Below, in pieces: positions 1 through 7,551 of a stretch of DNA of 64,000 nt. The stretch spans positions 32,001 through 96,000 of the IMG/VR virus record IMGVR_UViG_3300029243_000160; one strand, 5' to 3'. Under the pieces are notes generated by a model. The model saw only the letters and a list, made by a program, of their open reading frames with translations. It was not told where the DNA came from and made no database searches. The position numbers and the translations under genes were made by a program. The DNA comes from a virus. Numbering within the stretch: the stretch's first letter is position 1; every line of letters starts with the position of its first letter.

Positions 1-781
1 GGCTTCGGAAAGCTTCAATTTCACCGCCCTTGATGCTGAATCTGGCGTAATCACCATTGACAGATGCCATGATAGGATAAACGACACCAAGGTCAACGCC
101 CATGATTTTTTCAGTGTCAAGCGTAGAAATGACATGGTTATCAAAAGAATAGCAAAGGTTCAGTTTCCACAGCTTTTTCTTCTTGTCATACATCAGCTTG
201 CTTGCACTGACTTTGTATTCATCGTTCATCAACCGTTCCAGAATTGTCCGGACAGACTTATCTCTTACCTGCATACGGAAACGCAGGTCATCTTTGATGC
301 CGTATTTTTCTTTTCCAGCACGATTCAGCATTTTCAGTGCAACAAAAAAGTTGCCGTTTTCATAGGAAAGCTTAATTGCTTTGTTGTGAATATCCAAAGG
401 CTGATTTGCCTTAAAAGAGAGTACAGACCGTTCCCCTTTCAGCATTTCCTTTTTGTAATTGCTGAATGCAGTACAGGTGTCTCTGGAAGATGTGGAGAGA
501 TTGGAAGAATACAGGTCGTTTCCGTTTTTGATACGGTCGTAAACGAATCCGCTTAACGTATATCCAAGAGTATCTTTCTCCTTCGGATATTCTTCTGACT
601 TTTTGTAGTAGTCGCTGGAGAAGTTCAGCCACTCCCAGCAGAGCTGTACGCATTTGTTCTTGATGTCTCGTGTCTGCCTCTGCAAGTTCCACAGCAATTC
701 GCTGATTTTCTTAAAATCAATCTTATTGCCGTCCTTGTCGATTTGCTCGCTAATCAGATAGACCTTTGTTACTTTGGTCAT
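1..781 (-). CDS. Miniature Cas12f/TnpB-like RNA-guided nuclease, N-terminal 260 aa (runs off the left edge)
   Basis: Own translation from ATG (rc of 779-781), RBS AAAGGTGA upstream, open to position 1: MTKVTKVYLISEQ...LWNLQRQTRDIKNKCVQLCWEWLNFSSDYYKKSEEYPKEKDTLGYT...ERLMNDEYKVSASKLMYDKKKKLWKLNLCYSFD...EKIMGVDLGVVYPIMASV...IKGGEIEAFRS. The GVDLG segment looks like a RuvC-I motif. Motif order recalls (from memory) Cas12f1-type effectors and related TnpB. RuvC-II/III and the Zn finger lie outside the window. Confidence 0.6.
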   Translation of the reverse strand, partial: MTKVTKVYLISEQIDKDGNKIDFKKISELLWNLQRQTRDIKNKCVQLCWEWLNFSSDYYKKSEEYPKEKDTLGYTLSGFVYDRIKNGNDLYSSNLSTSSRDTCTAFSNYKKEMLKGERSVLSFKANQPLDIHNKAIKLSYENGNFFVALKMLNRAGKEKYGIKDDLRFRMQVRDKSVRTILERLMNDEYKVSASKLMYDKKKKLWKLNLCYSFDNHVISTLDTEKIMGVDLGVVYPIMASVNGDYARFSIKGGEIEAFRS

Positions 782-786
782 AAATA

Positions 787-1641
787 TCACCTTTTATCCA
801 GAATATCGTATATTTGATTTTTCGATTTTTTATATTTCTTTGAGATTGCTTCAAGAGCAATGATTGCAACCACCGTGTCTGCAATCAAAAGAGTTGCCAA
901 TAAGAATACCGCTGGCAGAATAAATGGATTCTCTCTGGAGCGAACTAAGACCATGATGTCAGATACAGCAAATAAGCAGAATGCGATTGTCAGAATCAGT
1001 CCGGTGAATATACCACAGCGAATGTACTTGCCCTGTTTGCGTTTGGCACTGCGACCGATTCTCTTGTAAATGCTCTTATCTTCCATCGTGTTAGAATACC
1101 AGCTTAACAGATAGAGTTCTGGTTCAGATAGTGTGAAATCAATTTTCCGAAAGTCATAGCTTTCAATATTTCTGCCGAAGCAAAAGTTGATAAATGCAGT
1201 AATAACATTCAGATTCATCTCTGTCATGTCGAAATAGTTTATGAATGTGATGTAGTCCTCTCGGCTTGCATCACCACCTACAGCTCTGCGTGAGCTTGCC
1301 GGAACTTGCTCAATCAGTGCAGTCAGCACTTTCAAAATAGAAATTGTGCAGTATTCATCAAGCACCTGCTGCCAGTCGAACAAGTCGCATAAGTCGCACA
1401 AAAGCTTTACTCTGACTTTCTGTTCAACAGGCGGTTTCTGCATTATTCTATGAATTTCAGCCAGTACAAAGCGAATTTCTTCCGCAAATTCACCTGCCGT
1501 CCGAATATCTTTGGTATACACATGATTGCTGTAATGCAGATAGCCACAATTGCCACACCAATATCCTTTGATATATTTGTCTGGTGCATCAACTGTTGTT
1601 CCGCACTTATCGCAAATCAGTCTGCCGTCTGCAAGATTCAA
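787..1641 (-). CDS. Zinc-ribbon protein with C-terminal transmembrane segments, function unknown
   Basis: 284-aa ORF. N-terminal CDKCG...CGNCG four-Cys ribbon and hydrophobic C-terminal helices. Ends 5 nt before the Cas12f/TnpB-like start. Confidence 0.6.
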   Translation of the reverse strand: MNLADGRLICDKCGTTVDAPDKYIKGYWCGNCGYLHYSNHVYTKDIRTAGEFAEEIRFVLAEIHRIMQKPPVEQKVRVKLLCDLCDLFDWQQVLDEYCTISILKVLTALIEQVPASSRRAVGGDASREDYITFINYFDMTEMNLNVITAFINFCFGRNIESYDFRKIDFTLSEPELYLLSWYSNTMEDKSIYKRIGRSAKRKQGKYIRCGIFTGLILTIAFCLFAVSDIMVLVRSRENPFILPAVFLLATLLIADTVVAIIALEAISKKYKKSKNQIYDILDKR

Positions 1642-1829
1642 TCTGCATCACTCTTTTCAGGAGCAGGCTCTGTCGCCTCTCCTTCGTCTTCTTTTTTGGT
1701 GCAGTGAAATCTGCTGCGTTCCAGTTCCATTGCTTTTTCAAAGCCGTCTGCCTTGCCATTCTGATAGCCGTACCACACCGCACCGACCAGCATTGCGGTC
1801 ACTACAGTAAACTTGATGAATTTTTTCAT
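1638..1829 (-). CDS. Small membrane protein (63 aa)
   Basis: Single hydrophobic helix (FTVVTAMLVGAVWYGY). 4-nt overlaps with both neighbours suggest translational coupling. Confidence 0.45.
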   Translation of the reverse strand: MKKFIKFTVVTAMLVGAVWYGYQNGKADGFEKAMELERSRFHCTKKEDEGEATEPAPEKSDAD

Positions 1830-2083
1830 TCTTCCTCAGCTCCCTCGGATTCAGTCTCCGCTTCTTCTGCATCGTCTTCGTCTGTGCCGTTTTCGTACTC
1901 ATCAATGGTTGCACGGTAGACTGCCTTTGCTGCTTCAAAATTTGTCTTCACGCTTCCAGCCCCAGTTGAAACACCGTCCTGCACCTTCTGATACGCTTCC
2001 AAACCTCTTTTACTAAGTAAAACACAGGAAAGAATTACGCCGATAAAAAAGCCAACAACTCCTGACGCTAAATATCCTAACAT
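1826..2083 (-). CDS. Small membrane protein with acidic tail (85 aa)
   Basis: N-terminal TM helix (LGYLASGVVGFFIGVILSCVLL) and acidic C-terminus. Sits in the operon. Confidence 0.5.
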   Translation of the reverse strand: MLGYLASGVVGFFIGVILSCVLLSKRGLEAYQKVQDGVSTGAGSVKTNFEAAKAVYRATIDEYENGTDEDDAEEAETESEGAEEE

Positions 2084-2143
2084 GATTTATTCTCCTTTAC
2101 TCTGCTGTTTATTCGTTATTGTTAATCAAAAAAATATGATGAT

Positions 2144-2764
2144 TTAATCATCGCACTTATCATACTGTTCCTTCTGATACTTGGGCTTCTGATAATGCTT
2201 CCCATAAGATTTCTTGCCGTGGTCTGCTTTTCCAGCCCCATGATAATTTTTACCGTTCTGCTTCTTCCAAGTAGAATTTTTATCGTCCAGCGAAAGCCTT
2301 GTCGCATCAAACATCTGTATATGAGCATGGTCAGCAATTTCTTCCTGCTTTACGCCAAGCTCTTTCATATAAGCATTTTCGATTTCCCAGAACAAGTCCT
2401 TTGCATTCTTCATCAGAACGAACGCATCTGCCTTTGACACACACTTGTCGCCATACCGCAGTCCATTGAACGCTGACAGCGTTTGTGCATTATCTGCAAT
2501 AAACATATGCTCCTGAATGAAGTTAGGCGAAACACGCTCTGCCTGAAACAAAAGATGTTCCATGTTGTGAGCGTACATCGTTTCCTGTGGCGGCGGTTCA
2601 ACAGATTTCTCACTGATAATTGCCTTGATGCTTTTTTCGATTGCCTGAGCAAAGTGATACGCAGCCATGTTTACCATTATCGGATTGTCTTTCTGCTGCA
2701 TTGCAGTTCCGGCAATCATAATGTCTGCTCGAATCACTTCCAGTTCTTTTGCACTTACTGCCAT
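2144..2764 (-). CDS. HEPN-domain-like protein with lysine-rich tail
   Basis: AYHFAQAIEKSIKAIISEK ... HNMEHLL ... LSAFNGLRYGD matches the helix pattern and terminal RY motif of HEPN domains. Confidence 0.5.
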   Translation of the reverse strand: MAVSAKELEVIRADIMIAGTAMQQKDNPIMVNMAAYHFAQAIEKSIKAIISEKSVEPPPQETMYAHNMEHLLFQAERVSPNFIQEHMFIADNAQTLSAFNGLRYGDKCVSKADAFVLMKNAKDLFWEIENAYMKELGVKQEEIADHAHIQMFDATRLSLDDKNSTWKKQNGKNYHGAGKADHGKKSYGKHYQKPKYQKEQYDKCDD

Positions 2765-3184
2765 TTAACTTCTCTCCTTGTCGTAAATTGCATACACACG
2801 ACCTGCTCTGAGTTCTCCTAAGAGTTCTTTTTGCAAGCCATGAATCACGTTCTCGCCTTCCACAAAATCTTTGTCATAATCGTATACCACATCATTGTAG
2901 ATGATTTCAAAGATTTCATTGTGGAGCAGGATTCTTTCATATGTTCCCTTTGGAATGTCAGAACGAACCAGAATCTGCGGATTTCCCTCTTCATACTGTA
3001 ATCCAGAAAGATACCAGATACCTGTTACATTCTTTGGATTCAGTGCGTGAGGGTCATTCTCTTTCCGATTCAAAATAGTCTGCTGGAGCTTCTGAAAGCG
3101 TCCTGCAAGCTTTTCTCCAACTGCCCCCTTTGAAAAGAATGGTACAGTCAGTAATCTCTTTTCTGCATCTGTCATGTTTCCCAT
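2765..3184 (-). CDS. Hypothetical protein (139 aa)
   Basis: ORF abuts the downstream gene (stop/start adjacent). No recognisable motif, and no nucleotidyltransferase GS..D.D signature. Confidence 0.55.
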   Translation of the reverse strand: MGNMTDAEKRLLTVPFFSKGAVGEKLAGRFQKLQQTILNRKENDPHALNPKNVTGIWYLSGLQYEEGNPQILVRSDIPKGTYERILLHNEIFEIIYNDVVYDYDKDFVEGENVIHGLQKELLGELRAGRVYAIYDKERS

Positions 3185-3190
3185 AAATCA

Positions 3191-3346
3191 TCACTCCTTA
3201 TTTTCTTTCTCGTTATCTGATTTTTGCAAGCGTTCCGGACAGCGTTTCTGAATAAAATGCTGTTTTCCGATTTTCAGCCACCATATCAAAATACCGCCTA
3301 CGATTACAAACAGTATAGCACACACGATTATGATTATCCTATCCAT
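3191..3346 (-). CDS. Small membrane protein (51 aa), not in the supplied ORF track
   Basis: Own translation: MDRIIIIVCAILFVIVGGILIWWLKIGKQHFIQKRCPERLQKSDNEKENKE. One TM helix. It fills the gap between two genes. Confidence 0.4.
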   Translation of the reverse strand: MDRIIIIVCAILFVIVGGILIWWLKIGKQHFIQKRCPERLQKSDNEKENKE

Positions 3347-3364
3347 AACGCATTCCTCTTTTCA

Positions 3365-4087
3365 TCAATTCTGTTCTTCAAAGAAACCGTTCCACAAGCC
3401 AACCTTTTGCTCTGCTGCCGTATGTGCCAGTTCTGCAAAGTGGTCTGCGTGTTTCACGTTTGGTGGATAAGTGGCAGTATTGGCATACCCATTCTCCAGC
3501 AACCAGTCCTGAACCATTGTACCGTCTTCAAAGTACACATAAGCTAATGTTCTGCCATACTTGTCCGTAGGACTAACATCATACTCCACATATACAGTAT
3601 CAATATCCTGAAACTTCTCTTTGACTATCTGAGAAACTTCTTTTCCTTCTTCCGTATTCTCTGTACGATAATCTGACGGAGCAACGCTTTCCGGCGTATC
3701 TACGCCAATCAAGCGAACTTTTTGTTTTTCACCGCTGATTTCCAATTCGTATGTATCACCGTCTATCACACGAATCACAGTAGCCTGCTCTAAAGAAAGT
3801 TCGTCTGAACCGCTGGGAATTTCGCTGGATTGGTCTCCAGCTTCTTCCTTTGCGTACTCTTCTCGAATTTCTTTGTGCAGTTCATCTTTGTTTTCATCAT
3901 ACGCTTGATATGCTGTCTTTATATCATCTATCGGCAAGTCTTTCACGATTGCCTTAGAGCCAAATTTCACAGCATCTTTCAGCGGAGACAGAAAACAAGC
4001 TCCGCAAATCAAAACCGATACGCCAAGAGTAATCAGCACAGCACTTTCTTTTTGATTTCTTGTCCATTTTCGTTTTTTCTTTGCCAT
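3365..4087 (-). CDS. Membrane-anchored thermonuclease (staphylococcal nuclease family)
   Basis: VIDGDTYELEISGEKQKVRLIGVDTPES ... YGRTLAYVY ... NGYA are SNase signature segments. An N-terminal TM anchor is present. Confidence 0.85.
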   Translation of the reverse strand: MAKKKRKWTRNQKESAVLITLGVSVLICGACFLSPLKDAVKFGSKAIVKDLPIDDIKTAYQAYDENKDELHKEIREEYAKEEAGDQSSEIPSGSDELSLEQATVIRVIDGDTYELEISGEKQKVRLIGVDTPESVAPSDYRTENTEEGKEVSQIVKEKFQDIDTVYVEYDVSPTDKYGRTLAYVYFEDGTMVQDWLLENGYANTATYPPNVKHADHFAELAHTAAEQKVGLWNGFFEEQN

Positions 4088-4126
4088 AGTACACCTCTTT
4101 CACATCTTTCGATGTGACCATTCTCT

Positions 4127-4624
4127 TTAAGCGATGTAAAATTCCTTCGCTAATACTTCTCCTTTGTATCTTCTGTTTCTGCCTGTTTCTTCGTCTTTCT
4201 CCCAGAATTGTCTGTAAAAGCGATAAATCATGGGATTCTCTTTATCCTGCATTGCAACGCCGTAGTTGTAATTTGTGATTTTTCTTGCACACAGAATTGC
4301 CAGCAGGCTTTCGTTTTTATCGCACCCATCATCAAACCGTCTTATAAAGCTCATATCGCCAATCCCAGCCAAGATAAGCAATCCGTTCAGTGAAATGTCG
4401 CATACACGACAGGCAACCTTGCTTTTATAAGCGTTATAGAAATAAGAGCAAAACATCAAAACATATTCCGAATTGCTCTTGATGCGAATGCTTTCATTGT
4501 CATCTGAAATTGTATAATCAGTCAGATTGGTATACGTTCCTTTTTCGTTTCTCATATACACCGTTATATCACTGAACGCATATCTTGAAAGCCACGTCTT
4601 ATCTGTTTTGTCCACGAGATTCAC
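4127..4624 (-). CDS. Hypothetical protein (165 aa)
   Basis: ORF with RBS AGGAAGTGA upstream. No recognised motif. Confidence 0.55.
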   Translation of the reverse strand: MNLVDKTDKTWLSRYAFSDITVYMRNEKGTYTNLTDYTISDDNESIRIKSNSEYVLMFCSYFYNAYKSKVACRVCDISLNGLLILAGIGDMSFIRRFDDGCDKNESLLAILCARKITNYNYGVAMQDKENPMIYRFYRQFWEKDEETGRNRRYKGEVLAKEFYIA

Positions 4625-4640
4625 TTCCTATAATTTTGTA

Positions 4641-4707
4641 TGGTGGCAGGAGCAGGATTTGAACCTGCGTAAACTCTCATTGAGTGTTGTAATACCATAT
4701 TTCTGCC
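4641..4707 (-). other. tRNA 3'-half-like element with encoded CCA (not a foldable canonical tRNA)
   Basis: The minus strand reads ...GCAGGTTCAAATCCTGCTCCTGCCACCA, i.e. T-arm, 7-nt acceptor 3' strand, discriminator and CCA. The candidate 5' strand GGCAGAA gives only ~64 nt before CCA, with no D-arm pairing and a poor anticodon stem. Confidence 0.4.
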
Positions 4708-4755
4708 GTTTCTCTGTGAATATACACTGGACTTTTGTGAACTTCTGCTGACATG

Positions 4756-4798
4756 AAAAAAAGGCAACATACAGGGCTTTGGGTGCTTGCGTGTTGCC
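4756..4798 (-). terminator. Rho-independent terminator
   Basis: Minus strand: GGCAACA...(22-nt loop)...TGTTGCC followed by TTTTTTT. Confidence 0.6.
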
Positions 4799-4844
4799 CT
4801 CTTTCCATAAGGGTTTTGATGTATGAGGTTTTCATTGAGAATGT

Positions 4845-4935
4845 TGGTCGAGAAAAGCGGAATCGAACCGCTTTGCAGTACATCACTGCTATTCCTTATC
4901 CCCGATATTCGCCCCCTCACGAAGAGGGAGCATAT
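4845..4935 (-). other. Second tRNA 3'-half-like element with encoded CCA
   Basis: The minus strand ends AGCGGTTCGATTCCGCTTTTCTCGACCA (T-arm, acceptor 3' strand, A, CCA). It is preceded by hairpins GCAGT-GATGT-ACTGC and CCCTC-TTCGT-GAGGG. No matching acceptor 5' strand (CGAGAAA) was found. Confidence 0.35.
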
Positions 4936-4968
4936 TTACAGGAGGACTGTCAAATCAGTCGGTGCTGT

Positions 4969-5289
4969 TTAGTTGTTTCTGACACGCTTTGCTACCTTAG
5001 TTGCAAAGATTGTCATGGTCGGAATCTTATCGCCGTTCTTGTTGGTGTAGTCACCTACGGAGAATCTGCCCCAAACGTCTACAAAAGACTTAGCGTAGTC
5101 GTCCTGAACAATGTCGCACTGGTTGTCGCCTACGATGCTGCAAACAACATCAATGTAAATCGGTGCGGTATACTCGCCGTCATCGCCCTTACGATTCATC
5201 GAACACTTCAAGATAACACTCTTTTCTGTCATCTTCTGCTCGTAGCATCTCAGTCCCCAGTTTTCGCAAATGTTAAAATTGTTAGCCAT
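4969..5289 (-). CDS. SSB-like OB-fold single-stranded DNA-binding protein lacking an acidic tail
   Basis: 106 aa. The ...IYIDVVCS...FVDVWGRFSVGDYTNKNGDKIPTMTIFATKV pattern resembles the SSB OB-fold (short SsbB-like form). Confidence 0.55.
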   Translation of the reverse strand: MANNFNICENWGLRCYEQKMTEKSVILKCSMNRKGDDGEYTAPIYIDVVCSIVGDNQCDIVQDDYAKSFVDVWGRFSVGDYTNKNGDKIPTMTIFATKVAKRVRNN

Positions 5290-5369
5290 AATTACGCTCC
5301 TTTTTCAAAATATATTCCTGTGGCTACCGTAAGGCTTTGAACTGTTGTTCTCTGTACCTTACATTAACT

Positions 5370-5398
5370 ATTATAGCACTTTTATGGTGCGTTGTCAA
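5370..5398 (-). promoter_or_regulatory. Near-consensus sigma-70 promoter for the SSB-like operon
   Basis: Minus strand TTGACA (5393-5398), 17 nt, TATAAT (5370-5375). Confidence 0.7.
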
Positions 5399-5417
5399 TA
5401 GGAAAATAGGGTTTAAT

Positions 5418-5435
5418 CTGTAAAATATCCGTTAT
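5418..5435 (-). promoter_or_regulatory. ATAACGGATAT-type motif, copy a
   Basis: Minus strand ATAACGGATATTTTACAGATTAA, 15 nt upstream of the -35 box. Confidence 0.6.
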
Positions 5436-5467
5436 TTATTTTGTTGAAACTTGTATATTTTAACGAA

Positions 5468-5701
5468 TCAACCGTGAATCAAGCACTTCTCATCGAGCTT
5501 ACAAGTGTGTTGCATTTCCTCTTTGAGAGCATCTTCAAACGATTTTGTGCTTTTTATATCTTCATCTGCGTAAATCTGTTTTACCAGTTTTACGATTGAA
5601 CTTGTATCTTTATGAATGTATCTTTTGCAAAACCGATGCCATTGGGAATTTGTCATACGGCTGTCCTTTTTGAATAAAAGAACCAGTTCCTTTCCTGTCA
5701 T
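5468..5701 (-). CDS. Hypothetical protein (77 aa)
   Basis: ORF in the operon. No motif recognised. Confidence 0.45.
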   Translation of the reverse strand: MTGKELVLLFKKDSRMTNSQWHRFCKRYIHKDTSSIVKLVKQIYADEDIKSTKSFEDALKEEMQHTCKLDEKCLIHG

Positions 5702-5736
5702 CGTGGTTCACTCCTTTTTTCTCTTACCTGATATTT

Positions 5737-6975
5737 TTATTCTTTGTTGTTCTTTTTCTTAATGATGTAGCACACTCCTGCGATTATCAATACAATCAAG
5801 ATGCCACCGCCAATAAAAATGATTCGGTATTTCATCTGACTTTTTCGCAGTTCTTCTTTTTCTTTCTTTGACACAATTACAGATTCTTCTGGAATCTCTG
5901 TTGTTCCTGTTGCTGTTTTAGCTGTTGTTTCTCCAGTTTTACTGTTGCTGGAAAAATCCTTGTCAGAGCTTTCAGAAGGCAGCTCGGCTGTGTCTGTTGT
6001 ATTTTCTTTCGATTGCTCAGAATCGTAGTCCAGCTTAACCTTTCCGTTCTCATAGTCGTTCAAGCTAATATTGTTTCTGTTGTTCCACGAGAAGTCCGGT
6101 TTGTCAGATAAATCTATCGGCATGATGTCATATTTCTCTGTGAGTTTTGAAATGTCAAGCTGATATGGTTCATCAATCGTATTTTCCAGTTGCACCTGTA
6201 CATTGTTATCGTAGACCAATGTGTTTTCGCCCTCTTGAACGTCCTGCGTGTTGACAGTTCTCACATAATAACCGCCTGCTCTTACCTTTACAAGGAATGG
6301 TTCGTTCGCTTTCACATAGAACACATGATAAGTCCAATCGTTTCTATACTCCAGCTTTACCATAACATTTACTGGAGAATAAATCTCCAGAAAGCCTGTT
6401 TCACTCCACCAGTCCGGAATGTTATCATTGATTTCATATACAACAGTCTCTTTCCTGTCGTAATTGTCCCACACTGCATAATTCAGCACAACCGATGAAT
6501 CAATCAATTCTAATTCTGTTTCGATAGAAAAAGAACCGTCCTTTTTCATTTCTGAAATTGCATTGTCATATGTTTCCTTGTTGAGATACACTCTGTACTT
6601 TGTCCAGTACACTTCATTGTCCCTGTCCATATATCGGCTCAAAAAAGAATTGAACTCCTTCTGGAGCAGGTCATAATTTTCATCTGATATATCTTTGCTA
6701 TCAGTTGTAACAAGAACATATCCGGCACTTCTCAAATACTTTTCCAACGCTTCGCAGTCATTTCTTGTTGTGCATTGAATACCATTCAGTTCATTTACGC
6801 CGCCTGTCAAAATCTGATTACCGCTTAAAGAATGATAATACTTCAAGTTGTCAGGGTCAAATTCTTCGATGAATGTATCTTTCAGCTGTTCTTTTGCATG
6901 AACAGTTATTGTTGACATGGAAACACACATCGCAACCATAACGGCAGCAGCCAGTAGCCTTTTTCCAATCTTCAT
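5737..6975 (-). CDS. Secreted protein with C-terminal membrane anchor (412 aa)
   Basis: N-terminal signal peptide (LLAAAVMVAMCVSMSTITVHA), a Ser/Thr/Glu-rich stalk and a C-terminal TM helix followed by KKKNNKE. Confidence 0.65.
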   Translation of the reverse strand: MKIGKRLLAAAVMVAMCVSMSTITVHAKEQLKDTFIEEFDPDNLKYYHSLSGNQILTGGVNELNGIQCTTRNDCEALEKYLRSAGYVLVTTDSKDISDENYDLLQKEFNSFLSRYMDRDNEVYWTKYRVYLNKETYDNAISEMKKDGSFSIETELELIDSSVVLNYAVWDNYDRKETVVYEINDNIPDWWSETGFLEIYSPVNVMVKLEYRNDWTYHVFYVKANEPFLVKVRAGGYYVRTVNTQDVQEGENTLVYDNNVQVQLENTIDEPYQLDISKLTEKYDIMPIDLSDKPDFSWNNRNNISLNDYENGKVKLDYDSEQSKENTTDTAELPSESSDKDFSSNSKTGETTAKTATGTTEIPEESVIVSKKEKEELRKSQMKYRIIFIGGGILIVLIIAGVCYIIKKKNNKE

Positions 6976-7535
6976 TTGCTATTCCTTCCATTTTCTATCT
7001 GCTTTTTTGCAAGTGCATGATAGCGGTCACTTTCCAAAAGCATAGCATTATATGCTTTTATTTTTTTCAAGCAACGATTTCTGGTAGTCCGTTGTTTTCC
7101 TTCGGTTCTGCGAACAAAGCATTCCATCTGAGCCATCATGTCATAGCGATTATAGAGAATTTCCAAAATTACGTTGATGTCGCCTTCATCGTATTTGTAC
7201 AAGTAAATCTCATTGTCACCATATACGCCGATATAAATATGACGATTTTTCAGAAGGCTAACCAGCTTGTACTTTCGTAAAACCTCTTCTGTTGCCGAAG
7301 CCTCAGCTTCTTCGAGTGTTCTGCACCCAAGAACGTGCCGGAAGACACACCAAATAATATAAAGTGCAGTCTGCCTTTTGCGTTCTGCACTTGTTAGCTG
7401 TTCTTGCTCAGACTTTTCCTCTTCATCGCTGATGTGGATTTTTTCCATACAAAATCGACCACTACATTTTGCAAACCCCTTTGCGTATGTATACAGTAAA
7501 TTGCAGTCAAGTTCATCTAAGTAACCCCAATCCAT
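6972..7535 (-). CDS. Hypothetical protein (187 aa)
   Basis: ORF with a 4-nt overlap with the downstream gene. No motif recognised. Confidence 0.5.
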   Translation of the reverse strand: MDWGYLDELDCNLLYTYAKGFAKCSGRFCMEKIHISDEEEKSEQEQLTSAERKRQTALYIIWCVFRHVLGCRTLEEAEASATEEVLRKYKLVSLLKNRHIYIGVYGDNEIYLYKYDEGDINVILEILYNRYDMMAQMECFVRRTEGKQRTTRNRCLKKIKAYNAMLLESDRYHALAKKQIENGRNSK

Positions 7536-7551
7536 TCGTACCTTCCTTTCG

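Noticed and set aside
134-692. Track ORFs 134-556 (+), 183-365 (+) and 411-692 (-).
   Set aside because: A longer minus-strand frame, open from 781 to the window edge, carries a recognisable RuvC-I/Cas12f-TnpB-like sequence and explains this region better. The listed ORFs are out of frame or antisense to it.
4641-4935. Calling the two CCA-ending elements genuine tRNA genes.
   Set aside because: Only the T-arm and acceptor 3' strand are canonical. I could not build D-arm, anticodon-arm and acceptor 5' pairings of normal length, so they are reported as tRNA-like fragments only.
4753-5340. 195-aa plus-strand ORF spanning the tRNA-like region and the SSB-like gene.
   Set aside because: It is antisense to the SSB-like OB-fold gene and runs through a terminator and the tRNA-like element. 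No RBS or motif supports it.
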